Origin: Dehalococcoidales bacterium | GTDB lineage: Bacteria; Chloroflexota; Dehalococcoidia; Dehalococcoidales; RBG-16-60-22 | Length of the DNA: 64,000 nucleotides | NCBI GenBank assembly: GCA_050018395.1 | Contig: JBEKAC010000004.1 | Span: 4,856-68,855 of the forward strand | Reading direction: 5' to 3' | Shown here: positions 47,819 through 57,642 of the stretch, one piece after another | Layout of the letters: every line of letters begins with the position of its first letter | Numbering within the stretch: the first letter of the stretch is position 1 | Made by a program: the position numbers and the translations under genes | Notes under the pieces: model-generated | The model's database searches: none | The model's input: the letters and a program-made list of their open reading frames with translations, nothing else | What the model was told of the DNA's origin: nothing

Positions 47819-50800
47819 CGTCTTCTACCTCTTTCCAGCGCGGTTCTTCACTCTTCTTCAGTTCCGTCTCCAGTTTGTACGTTTCTTCCAGCGTCTCCTC
47901 GGCGGGGGCCGCTTTGGTTTCTTCCTCGTTAATGACTTCGAGCGCCAGTCCGAGGCTTTGCAGCTCTTTAACGAGCACTTTAAACGATTCCGGTACGCCG
48001 GGCTGCAGGATATCATCGCCTTTGATGATAGACTCGTAAGCTTTGGCGCGCCCGGTGACATCATCGGACTTGATGGTGAGCATTTCCTGGAGGTTATGGG
48101 CGGCGCCGTAGGCTTCCAGCGCCCAGACCTCCATTTCCCCGAAGCGCTGCCCGCCGAACTGCGCCTTACCGCCCAGCGGCTGCTGGGTGATGAGGGAATA
48201 GGGGCCGGTGGAGCGGGCGTGCACTTTGTCTTCAACCAGGTGGATGAGCTTCATCATATAGATATTGCCGACGGTTACCGGCTGGTCGTAAGGTTCGCCG
48301 GTACGGCCGTTATGCAGAATGACCTTGCCGTAGGTAGGGGGTGAAAATTTGCCTTCACGGTTTACCTTTTCTACCACTTTTTGCAGCTGGTCGGCGGTTA
48401 GTTTGCTGGCGGAGATATTCAGCTCTTCCAGCCAGAGTCGCAGCCCGATGTCCTTGGCTTTTCCCCTTAAGTTTTCATTAAAGACGGCCTTGCCGTCAAA
48501 GCCGCGTTCGTTGACCCAGGCTCGGGCCTTTTCTTCGTCATAGGGGGCTTTATTTTCTCCCGGGTTGGGATCGACAGCACCGGCCTCCTGGACAATCCAG
48601 GAGCGGCATAAAGCATCTTCGATGGCCAGATCATCGGCGCCGTCGAAGACCGGGGTCTGCGCCCGGAAGCCGAGCACGCTGGCCGCCGAGCCCAGGTGCG
48701 TTTCCAGCACCTGCCCGATGTTCATACGGGAGGGCACACCGATGGGGTCGAGGATAATATCAACCGGCGTCCCGTCCGGCAGGAAGGGCATATCTTCTTT
48801 AGGTGCGATGATGGAGATGACGCCTTTGTTGCCGTGGCGCCCGGCCAGCTTATCGCCGACCGATACACGGCGCTTCTGGGCAATCCAGACCTGCACCCAC
48901 TGGTTGACGCCGGCCGGCAGGTCATCGCCGCCGTTTTTGCTGTCTTTACGCGTGTAAACTTTAACATTGATAACTTTTCCCCACTCGCCGTGAGGGACTC
49001 GCAGTGAGGTATCTTTGACCTCCCGCGCCTTTTCCCCGAAGATGGCGCGCAGCAGTTTCTCTTCAGCGGAAAGCTCCGTCTCGCCCTTGGGGGTGATTTT
49101 GCCCACCAGGGTATCGTCCGGCATCACTTCCGCCCCGATGCGGATAATGCCGTCCTCGTCGAGCTCGCGCAGGCTTTCTTCGCCCACGTTGGGAATATCC
49201 CGCGTGATTTCCTCGGGGCCCAGCTTGGTATCGCGCGCTTCCACCTCGTGCTTGTTGATATGGATTGACGTGAACATGTCTTGTTCTACCATGCGGCTGC
49301 TTAAGATAATGGCGTCTTCAAAGTTATAGCCTTCCCAGCTCATGAAAGCTACGGTGACGTTCTGTCCCAGGGCCAGCTCGCCGTTTTCCGTGGCGGAGCT
49401 GTCCGCCAGCACCTGTCCCACTTCGACATGTTCGCCCTTGTTCACCAGCGGGCGCTGGTTGATGCAGGTCCCCTGGTTGGTCCGCACGAACTTCATCAGG
49501 TCATAGTTTTTAGTGCTGCCGTCTTCGTGCGTGATGACGATGCGGTATTTAGTGTTCCCCTTATCATCGATGTTGCCGGACATATCCGTTACCGTGCCGG
49601 CCTTTTCCGCAAAGACCACCTGCCGGCTATGCTTGGCGGCTTCCATTTCCATGCCGGTAGCCACCAGCGGGGCTTCGGGGCGGAGCAGGGGCACCGCCTG
49701 GCGCATCATGTTGGCGCCCATCAAAGCGCGGTTAGCGTCGTTATGTTCCAGGAAAGGCGTTAAAGCTGTGGCCACGCTGACCACCTGCTTGGGGGTGACG
49801 TCCATATATTCTATTTTCTCAGGTGGTTCCAGCAGGTAGCCATCGGCCAGCCTGGCTTCAATTCTCTTTTCTTTAAACTGGTTGTTTTCATCAAGAGGGA
49901 CGTTGGCCTGGGCGATGGTATATTTATCTTCTTCATCGGCCGGCATATAGATAATCTCGTCGGAAACAAAGGGGACGACTTTGATTTTCTTCGCCTTCAT
50001 TTTCGATAGCTTTTCCACGGCGTCCGCCGTGATGGCGCTTTCCGCTTTTACCAGCACTTTGCCTTTTTCGTCCAGAACATCCTCGTTGGCGGTACGATTT
50101 ACGAGGCGCTTATCTTTGCTGCTTAACTCGTGGATGACCTTGCGGTAAGGGGTCTCGATAAAGCCGTATTCGTTGATGATGCTGTACGTGGCCAGCGAGC
50201 CGATCAGGCCGATGTTCGGCCCTTCCGGAGTCTCGATGGGGCAGATGCGGCCGTAGTGGGAAAAGTGCACGTCGCGTACTTCGAAGCCGGCGCGGTCGCG
50301 GGAAAGACCGCCGGGACCCATGGCCGAAAGACGGCGCTTATGGGTGAGTTCCGCCAGCGGATTGGTCTGGTCCATGAACTGCGAAAGCTGCGAGCCGCCG
50401 AAGAATTCGCGTACCGCGGCCACGATGGGTCGGATGTTGACCAGGGCGCTGGGGGTCACGGCTTCCGTGCCGATAATGCTCATGCGTTCGCGGACGACCT
50501 GCTCCAGGCGCAGGAAGCCGATGCGAAACTGGGTCTGTACCAGTTCGCCGACGGTGCGTACCCGCCGGTTGCCCAGATGGTCGATATCGTCGCTATGGTC
50601 TTTGCCATTGTTGATCAGGATAATATGGCGGATGATCTCAATGATATCTTCTTTGGTCAGCGTCCGCTCCTTGAGGCTGACATCCACGCCCAGCCGTTTG
50701 TTCAGCTTGTAGCGGCCCACGTTGCCAAGATCGTAGCGGGTGGCGTCAAAGAAAAGGTTTCTGATAAGCTTCCGCGCGTTTTCCAGCGAGGGAAGCTCGC

Positions 50801-51572
50801 CGGGATGCAGTTTCTTATAAATATCTAAGAGGGCGTCCTTTTCGTCCTTGATGTTCGGTTCTTTTTCCATGGTGATGCTGATATACTTGAACTCGGACGC
50901 CTTTTCCTCTTTTTCAAAGAGCTTCAAAATATCTTTGTCGTCGCCGAAGCCGAGGGCGCGCAACAGGGTGGTGATGGGTATTTTCCTCTTGCCGTCGATT
51001 TTGGTAGAGACGACGTTACGGTTGCTGGTCTCGAACTCCAGCCAGGCGCCGCGGGTTGGGATTAGCTTGGCCTGGCAGAGCCTGCGGCCGGACACGGGGT
51101 CTTCCTCGGCGGTGAAGTATACGCCGGGGGAGCGCAGCAGCTGGCTGACAACCACTCTCTCCGCGCCGCTGGTAACGAAGGTGCCTTTGGAGGTCATCAG
51201 CGGGATATCGCCGAAGAAGAGGTCCTGCTCCTTGATTTCTCCGGTCTCCTTGACCAGCAGGCGTACTTTAACATAGAGCGGGGCGGAATAGGTCTGGTCG
51301 CGCTCGTGGCATTCCTGCTCGGAGTGGCCGGGGCGGGGTTCGCGGAACTCATAAGCGACGAAGGCCAGCTCCAGCCGGTTGCCGGTGAGGTCTTTGATGG
51401 GAGAGATTTCTTCCAGCAGGGCCTTGAGTCCGTCCTCCTGGAACCTCCGGAAGGAATCAAGCTGGACTTTAATGAGATTAGGGACGTCCAGTACAGTAGG
51501 TAACTTGGCATAAGATTTGCGGGCGATAGTGGGCTTGGATTTAGACGCAGGCAATCGTGACGTTACAACCAT
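47805..51572 (-). CDS. rpoB: DNA-directed RNA polymerase subunit beta
   Basis: 1255 aa. [19 protein letters not shown] and GRHGNKGV. Overlaps rpoC by 14 nt. Confidence 0.97.
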
Positions 51573-51825
51573 TTCAACTCCTTAGACAAACACAGTGACG
51601 CTTGGTTTTCCGAGAGTAATATTATCCGGAACGAAGACATACGTTCACATGAGGCAATATCATATCTTGGGTATCTATATCAGGGAAGCAAAAAACAAAC
51701 ACTTGGGGCATTGTTACAAATATAAAGGATATCATCTTTGAAACACCCTTGTCAAGTCCCGCCAATGGTTTTTGGGAAATATTGTTATATCCGGATGAAA
51801 GAAGAGGATAATTGGAGCCCTATCT

Positions 51826-51834
51826 TGTTATAAT
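51826..51834 (+). promoter_or_regulatory. Extended -10 promoter TGtTATAAT
   Basis: The -10 ends 13 nt before ATG 51848, giving a near-leaderless transcript. Confidence 0.4.
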
Positions 51835-51847
51835 ATAACATGTAAAT

Positions 51848-52264
51848 ATGAATAAAAGATTAACTTCCACCAGGCTGGTGCTGGCCATCGTCAGCAATAT
51901 ACTGCAACTATTGGCTCTCTGGATAATCTGGCGCTGGGTGCTGCCGGAGTTCAATATCAGGCTTTCGGTTATCGTGCTTATAACCGTGATGGCGGCCTGG
52001 ACGGTCTTCGGCACGTGGCTTTTTCTTTTTACCACACGTGTATTAAAAAAGCAGACCCAGGCGGGGCAAACGTCGATGGTGGGCACCACGGGCAAAGTGG
52101 CCACCAGGCTGGCCCCGGAGGGCATGGTGAAGATCAACGGCGAGCTGTGGCGAGCGCGTTCGGCAGAGGGCGATATCAGTATCGGTGAGGATATCATCGT
52201 CGCCGGTGAAGAGCGGCTGAAGCTGCTGGTACGCCGGTCAAGCGAGCCTGTAACTAAACGTTGA
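51848..52264 (+). CDS. NfeD family protein
   Basis: 138 aa with 2-3 TM segments, then an OB-like GKVATRLAPEGMVKINGELWRARS. Confidence 0.7.
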   Translation: MNKRLTSTRLVLAIVSNILQLLALWIIWRWVLPEFNIRLSVIVLITVMAAWTVFGTWLFLFTTRVLKKQTQAGQTSMVGTTGKVATRLAPEGMVKINGELWRARSAEGDISIGEDIIVAGEERLKLLVRRSSEPVTKR

Positions 52265-53360
52265 AAAGGAAAGTCACGACGTCCCCGTCCTGGACGATAT
52301 AGTCCCTGCCTTCCAGTCGCAGCAGCCCTCGCTTTTTAGCTTCCGCAAAGCCGTTGCATTTCACCAGTTCGTCGAGGCTGATGCACTCCGCCCGGATGAA
52401 CCCTTTTTCGAAGTCCGTATGGATTTTACCGGCGGCTTTGACGGCGGGGGTGTTTCTCTTGATGGGCCAGGCGCGGTCTTCGTCTGCTCCCACGGTAAAA
52501 AACGTGATAAGGTCGGAGAGTTCGTAGGACGCGCGGATAACGTGCTCCAGTCCTGACTCCGTCAGGCCATAGTCCTTGCGGAACTCCCTGGCGGCAGTCT
52601 CATCCAGCTGCGCCAGTTCCATCTCCAGCTTGCCGCAGAGAGCCACGGCGCGGCTCCCGGGGCCGGCGAACTGTTTATTCAGATCTGCTTCCAGTTTGGC
52701 TGTTTCCGCCACCTGCTCTTCCCCGGTATTGACGACGATTAAGAGCGGCTTGGCAGTGAGAAACTGATAGTTGCTGATATATTTCTGCGCGTGGGCGTCG
52801 ATAGACTGCGCCCTGATTGGTTGGTCCTTTTCCATTTCCGCCTTCATTTTTTGAAGATATTCTTTTTCCTGGAGAAACGGCGCGCGCTCGCCGGGTTTGG
52901 CGGCCTTAAGGGATCCTTCCAGCTTCTCCATACGGCGTTCCATGATAGCCAGGTCGGAGAAAATCAGTTCCAGGTTGAGGGCCTCGATGTCTCTCTTGAC
53001 ATCCAGGCTGCCGTTGGGGTGGGGGATGCTCTCGTCTTTAAAGGCGCGGACAACGCAGATAAGCGTGTCCACCGTGCTTAGCTGGTTGAGCAGCTGCCCG
53101 CCGATCCCTTTGTCTTTGGCGAGCGATTTTAACGAAGCCCCGACATCGATGTACTTGACCTCCGGATAGACGGTTTTCCTGGGATGAAAGATAGCATCCA
53201 GTATTTTAAGCCGCGGTTCCGGTACGTGCGCGATGCCGATGTTCGGCGCCAGCCCATCGGTGCCGTGCACGGCAGTGTCCGCTTTGCCGCCGGCCAGGGC
53301 ATTGAAGATGCTGGTTTTACCGCTCTGCGGCAGGCCGATGATGCCGATGTTAATGCTCAT
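52254..53360 (-). CDS. ychF: Redox-regulated ATPase YchF
   Basis: 368 aa with GIIGLPQSGKTSIFNAL and a C-terminal TGS-like LRLEGRDYIVQDGDVVTFLFNV. Confidence 0.9.
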   Translation of the reverse strand: MSINIGIIGLPQSGKTSIFNALAGGKADTAVHGTDGLAPNIGIAHVPEPRLKILDAIFHPRKTVYPEVKYIDVGASLKSLAKDKGIGGQLLNQLSTVDTLICVVRAFKDESIPHPNGSLDVKRDIEALNLELIFSDLAIMERRMEKLEGSLKAAKPGERAPFLQEKEYLQKMKAEMEKDQPIRAQSIDAHAQKYISNYQFLTAKPLLIVVNTGEEQVAETAKLEADLNKQFAGPGSRAVALCGKLEMELAQLDETAAREFRKDYGLTESGLEHVIRASYELSDLITFFTVGADEDRAWPIKRNTPAVKAAGKIHTDFEKGFIRAECISLDELVKCNGFAEAKKRGLLRLEGRDYIVQDGDVVTFLFNV

Positions 53361-53418
53361 GAAAATCAGTACGTTAGGATTAGTCTATTCCCTCACCCCT
53401 TTACCCTCAACCCTCTGC

Positions 53419-53658
53419 CTAGCGGCCTTTTTTGACGATTTCCCGGGCCCGCTTGAGCGCCAGGTCTCTTTCATCGACGTTCAGCTTATCGTTAGCGACC
53501 AGGTTAAGCAGGACGAGCAAGGATTCGTGGGTGGCCATGTCGCCCAGCAGGTTGATGGCCTGGATGCGCATCTTGTTGGCCAGCTGCATGTCCGTAGCGA
53601 TGCTGGCCAGCTTTTTCAGTTCGTCCAGCTTGGTTCTTTCCTCGGAATATTCCGTCAT
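53419..53658 (-). CDS. Small helical (HEAT-repeat-like) protein
   Basis: 79 aa with MRIQAINLLGDMATHESLLVLLNLVAND. Confidence 0.4.
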   Translation of the reverse strand: MTEYSEERTKLDELKKLASIATDMQLANKMRIQAINLLGDMATHESLLVLLNLVANDKLNVDERDLALKRAREIVKKGR

Positions 53659-53801
53659 CGTAGTCTACCTCTCGATTTTATAGTGCGCGGACTGCCCGAC
53701 CGTTGCGGTCTCTCTGTGCGATTATTCCTTAACGGCAGTGTTTTGTCAACCTTTTAGCTATTCCGCTTGCCCGACGGGCTTAATCTTATAGCGGGCGAAT
53801 A

Positions 53802-53810
53802 TGATATAAT
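53802..53810 (+). promoter_or_regulatory. Extended -10 promoter TGaTATAAT
   Basis: Ends 3 nt before the track's GTG start at 53814. That argues for a downstream start for holA: TTG 53853, which follows GGGAGAG. Confidence 0.4.
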
Positions 53811-53813
53811 GGC

Positions 53814-54869
53814 GTGAATAAGCCGCAAGACTCCGGGGCAGGGAGAGTTAACTTGTTACATATATTTTGCGGAGAAGACGATTTTTCCGTCCGCAGGGCG
53901 CTGGAAGACATCAAAAAGTCCGCCGGCGATCCCACATCGATAATGACCAACACTACGGTGCTGGATGGCAGGGCCGTGACGGTGGAGCAGCTGCGGGCCG
54001 CCTGTGAGACGATGCCGTTTCTCGCGGAAAAACGCCTCGTGATTATTGAAGGCCTGCTGGCGCGCTTTGAACCCAAAGGCCGGCCGGCCAGAAAAAAGAC
54101 CGCCCGCCCTTCTCCCCAGGAAGAAGCCTATAAGCCGCTGGCCGAAGCGATTAAAAAACTCCCGCCGTTCACCGAATTAGTATTGATTGACGGAGAGATA
54201 AACCCGCGCAATCCCTTATTGCTGGAGATAATGCCACAGGCCAAAATCAAGTCTTTTCCGCTGCTGAAAGGGGAGCAGCTCAAGGAATGGGTGGCAAAGC
54301 GGTTGGCGGCGCAGGGCAAAGCCGGCGGTATCTCCGCCAAAGCGTTGACCCTGCTTGTAAGGCTGGTCGGCAGCGACCTCTGGACGCTTTCTAACGAAAT
54401 CGAAAAGCTGATAGCGTATACCGGCGGCCGGGCCATCGAGGAGGCGGACGTGAAAGCGGTGGTGAGCAGCGCCGAGGAGGCCAGCGTCTTTGCCATGGTG
54501 GACGCCATTCTGGAGCTGCGGGTGGGCGCGGCGCAGGAAACGCTCCAGCAGTTGTTCCGGCAGGGCATGGCGCCGGCGCAGATACTGGTCATGCTAGCAC
54601 GGCAGGCCAGGATTATCTTTCTGATGAAGGAAATGAGGGAGCATGGCAAATCCCGGGCCGAGATCCAGAGCAAACTGGGGCTGAGACAGGACTTTATCCT
54701 GCGCAAGGCGTGGGAACAGGCGGACAGCTATTCTCCGGCCCGCATCCGGGACGTGTATCATCAGCTTCTGGATACCGATATCGCTATTAAAACGGGCAGG
54801 ATGGATGGCGAACTGGCCCTCGATGTATTGATCGCGCAATTGGGACAGCGCGGTGCGGTATCCGCTTAA
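53814..54869 (+). CDS. holA: DNA polymerase III subunit delta
   Basis: LLHIFCGEDDFSVRRAL and LVLIDGE, with a delta-type C-terminal helical domain. The true start is probably TTG 53853. Confidence 0.8.
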   Translation: MNKPQDSGAGRVNLLHIFCGEDDFSVRRALEDIKKSAGDPTSIMTNTTVLDGRAVTVEQLRAACETMPFLAEKRLVIIEGLLARFEPKGRPARKKTARPSPQEEAYKPLAEAIKKLPPFTELVLIDGEINPRNPLLLEIMPQAKIKSFPLLKGEQLKEWVAKRLAAQGKAGGISAKALTLLVRLVGSDLWTLSNEIEKLIAYTGGRAIEEADVKAVVSSAEEASVFAMVDAILELRVGAAQETLQQLFRQGMAPAQILVMLARQARIIFLMKEMREHGKSRAEIQSKLGLRQDFILRKAWEQADSYSPARIRDVYHQLLDTDIAIKTGRMDGELALDVLIAQLGQRGAVSA

Positions 54870-54892
54870 TAAATAAAATAGCTTGGGGAGGA

Positions 54893-55741
54893 ATGGATAT
54901 GTCAGCGACGCGCCCTGAAGATAAATATATCAAGGTCGGCGATGTAAATACGCGCTATTGGGCGGCGGGCGATAAAGGCAGCGCCGTATTACTGGTGCAC
55001 GGGCTCGGCGGCTTTATCGAAAACTGGGTACATAATATTGGCGCTTTGGCGGAGAAACACCGCGTTTTTGCCCCGGATTTGCCGGGATTCGGGCGGACGG
55101 ATAAGGCCCCTCTGATACGCGATTTGAATGTCCTGGTGAAATTCATCAATGATTTTATGGTCGCCATGAACATCCCCCGGGCCAGCCTGATAGGGAACTC
55201 TATGGGAGGGGGCCTGGTGCTGCAGTTCGCGGTTGACTATCCGGATAAAGTGGCAAAACTGGTGCTGGTGGACAACGCCGGCATGGGCAACGACGTTATC
55301 GCGGATTTTAAGATATGCTCGCTCCCTGTCCTCGGCGAGCTATTATTGCGTCGAAGCCGTAAAGCAACGGTCAGCATGTGGCGCAAGATAGTTTATGACG
55401 CGGCGCTGATTACCCCGGAATTGATCGATGTGGCTAACGGTATCATCATTCAGCCGGGGGCTAAAAAGGCGCTGCTGGCGGCTTTAAGGGCGGGTATCGA
55501 TACCGGCGGGCAGCGTTCCAGCCTGCTCGATCCCCTGTTGAGCAAGCTCGGCAGCCTTAAAGCGCCGACCCTGGTGGTCTGGGGTAAAGAAGATAAGATT
55601 ATCCCGGTTAAGCACACCCGTATCGCCGCAGCCAAAATAGCTGGCGCCCGGCTGGAAATCTTTGATAAATGCGGTCATATGCCGATGTTCGAGTACCCGG
55701 ACAGGTTCAATAAACTCGTGCTGGATTTTCTGGCCGAATAA
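54893..55741 (+). CDS. Alpha/beta hydrolase
   Basis: 282 aa. LLVHGLGG, nucleophile elbow GNSMGG, and C-terminal CGHMP. Confidence 0.8.
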   Translation: MDMSATRPEDKYIKVGDVNTRYWAAGDKGSAVLLVHGLGGFIENWVHNIGALAEKHRVFAPDLPGFGRTDKAPLIRDLNVLVKFINDFMVAMNIPRASLIGNSMGGGLVLQFAVDYPDKVAKLVLVDNAGMGNDVIADFKICSLPVLGELLLRRSRKATVSMWRKIVYDAALITPELIDVANGIIIQPGAKKALLAALRAGIDTGGQRSSLLDPLLSKLGSLKAPTLVVWGKEDKIIPVKHTRIAAAKIAGARLEIFDKCGHMPMFEYPDRFNKLVLDFLAE

Positions 55742-55762
55742 CGCTTCAGGTTCAGGCGGAAA

Positions 55763-56752
55763 ATGACTGAAGAAAAAATTTCTAAACCGGTCATCGGGGT
55801 GGATATCGGCGGCACGAAGATCATGGCCGCCATCTTTAGTCCTGGCGGCAGGATTATAGCTAAAGACGTCCGTCCCACGCTGAGTGGTGAAGGCGTGAAC
55901 CGGGTCATCGGGCGCATCGGCACAGCCATAGATGGCGTTTTATCAGGTCAGAACATGGCGGCGGCTGACATCGGAGCTATCTGTATTGCCTGCGCCGGCG
56001 GCATCGATACGGGGCGGGGAGTGGTGGTTACGCCATCGCCGCATTTGCCGGGCTGGATGGAAATACCGCTGGCGGACATGATTAGGGAAAAATTCGGCGT
56101 TAAAACAATGATAATAAATGATGCCAGCGCGGCCGCCCTCGGCGAGCACAGCCACGGAGCGGGTCAAGGCGTCAATAACCTGGTGCTGCTGACGCTGGGT
56201 ACCGGCATCGGCGGCGGCATCATTATCGAAGGCAAGCTTTACCTGGGCGCGGTGGGCGGGGCGGGTGAGTTGGGGCATATGACCGTTGAGGCCAGCGGCC
56301 CCAGGTGCGGGTGCGGCAACACCGGCTGCCTGGAAATGTTCGCTTCCGGCTCGGCTATAGAGCGCGAAGCCGTATTGCGGCTGGAACGCGGGGAAAAATC
56401 TTCCCTCGCGGAGGTGGTTGAGGGAGATTTACATAAAATAACTGCCGAGATAATCGGCCGGACCGCCCGCAGCGGCGATAAACTGGCACAGGACATAATG
56501 GCCAGGGCGGCGTATTACCTGGGAGTAGGGCTGGTAAACATTACCAATATCTTCAACCCGGAAATGATTATCATCGGCGGCGGCATGGCGGATTTAGGAG
56601 AACTGATCATCGGGCAGGGGCGGAAAATGGCGGCGGAGCTGCCTTTCTCCATCAACGCGCGGGCCGTGCGCGTCGTTTTGGCGCAGCTCGGCAACGAGGC
56701 CGGCATCTACGGCGCGGCCGCCTTTGCTCTGGATGATTTAAGGGGGAAGTGA
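55763..56752 (+). CDS. ROK family sugar kinase (glucokinase-like)
   Basis: 329 aa with IGVDIGGTKI, the zinc motif CGCGNTGCLE and GGGMA. Confidence 0.8.
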   Translation: MTEEKISKPVIGVDIGGTKIMAAIFSPGGRIIAKDVRPTLSGEGVNRVIGRIGTAIDGVLSGQNMAAADIGAICIACAGGIDTGRGVVVTPSPHLPGWMEIPLADMIREKFGVKTMIINDASAAALGEHSHGAGQGVNNLVLLTLGTGIGGGIIIEGKLYLGAVGGAGELGHMTVEASGPRCGCGNTGCLEMFASGSAIEREAVLRLERGEKSSLAEVVEGDLHKITAEIIGRTARSGDKLAQDIMARAAYYLGVGLVNITNIFNPEMIIIGGGMADLGELIIGQGRKMAAELPFSINARAVRVVLAQLGNEAGIYGAAAFALDDLRGK

Positions 56753-57562
56753 TGAAAGTACGCAAAGCAGTGATTACCGCCGCTGGCGGGGGCACCCGTT
56801 TTTTGCCGGTGACACGCTCGCAGCCCAAGGAGACGATGCCGCTCGTGGACAGGCAGCTGATACAGTTCGCCGTGGAAGAGGCGCTCAAGTCCGGCATTGA
56901 GCAGGTAATCATGGTGACGGCCATGGGCAAATGCGCCATCGAGGACTACTTCGACCGCTCGTTGGAGCTGGAATATTTTCTGGAAAGCAAAGGCGAGACC
57001 GAGCTGCTGCGCAAAATGCTGGAGATATCCAGCCTGACGGATATCTGCTGTGTGCGACAGAAGGAACCGCTTGGCCTGGGCCACGCTATTCTCATAGTAA
57101 AAGACGTCGTCGGCAACGAGCCTTTCGCTGTGATGCTGCCGGACGACATCATCGTTAACGATGTGCCGGGCTTAAGACAAATGCTGCCGGTCTGAGAAAA
57201 ATACGGCTCGGGCGTCGTGGCCGTGTCCAGGGTCAGCGACGCGGAGACCAACAAATACGGCATCATCGAGCCCAACCAGGTAGCCGGGAAAGTCTACGAA
57301 GTCATGAGCCTGGTGGAAAAGCCGGAAACCGCCAGGGCGCCGTCCCGCCTCGGCATCGCCGCCCGGCAAGAATGGCGAAATACAGCTTACCGATGCCCTG
57401 GCTCTGCTGCTCAAGGAGCAGAAGCTTTATGCCCGGGAGCTGGAAGGTGAACGTTATGATGCGGGTACGCCGCTCGGCTGGCTCAAGGCTAATGTGTTCC
57501 TGGCTTTAAAGCGGGACGACATGGGGGCGGACTTCAAAGAGTACCTGAAAAAACTGTTTTAG
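56752..57562 (+). pseudogene. galU: UTP--glucose-1-phosphate uridylyltransferase, disrupted (in-frame TGA plus frameshifting deletion)
   Basis: KAVITAAGGGTRFLPVTRSQPKE...GLRQMLPV, then TGA (57193-57195), then in frame EKYGSGVVAVSRVSDAETNKYGIIE...VEKPETARAPSRLGIA. The GalU C-terminus PGKNGEIQLTDAL...GERYDAGTPLGWL continues in the +1 frame from about 57365. Confidence 0.7.
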
Positions 57563-57573
57563 TGCCCATCTCA

Positions 57574-57603
57574 TTGACAGTGGGCGCCTCTTAACCATAA
57601 AAT
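57574..57603 (+). promoter_or_regulatory. Promoter TTGACA-18-TAAAAT upstream of alaS
   Basis: Consensus -35 and an A/T-rich -10, about 40 nt before GTG 57643. Confidence 0.4.
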
Positions 57604-57642
57604 CAAGGGTAAGCTTTACTTAATTCTACCGGAGTTAATTAC

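Noticed and set aside
57193-57195. In-frame TGA in galU as programmed recoding (selenocysteine or TGA=Gly/Trp code)
   Set aside because: TGA clearly terminates many neighbouring genes (the GHKL ATPase, ROK kinase, der and sigma factor). No SECIS-like hairpin follows, and the same gene carries a second, frameshifting lesion.
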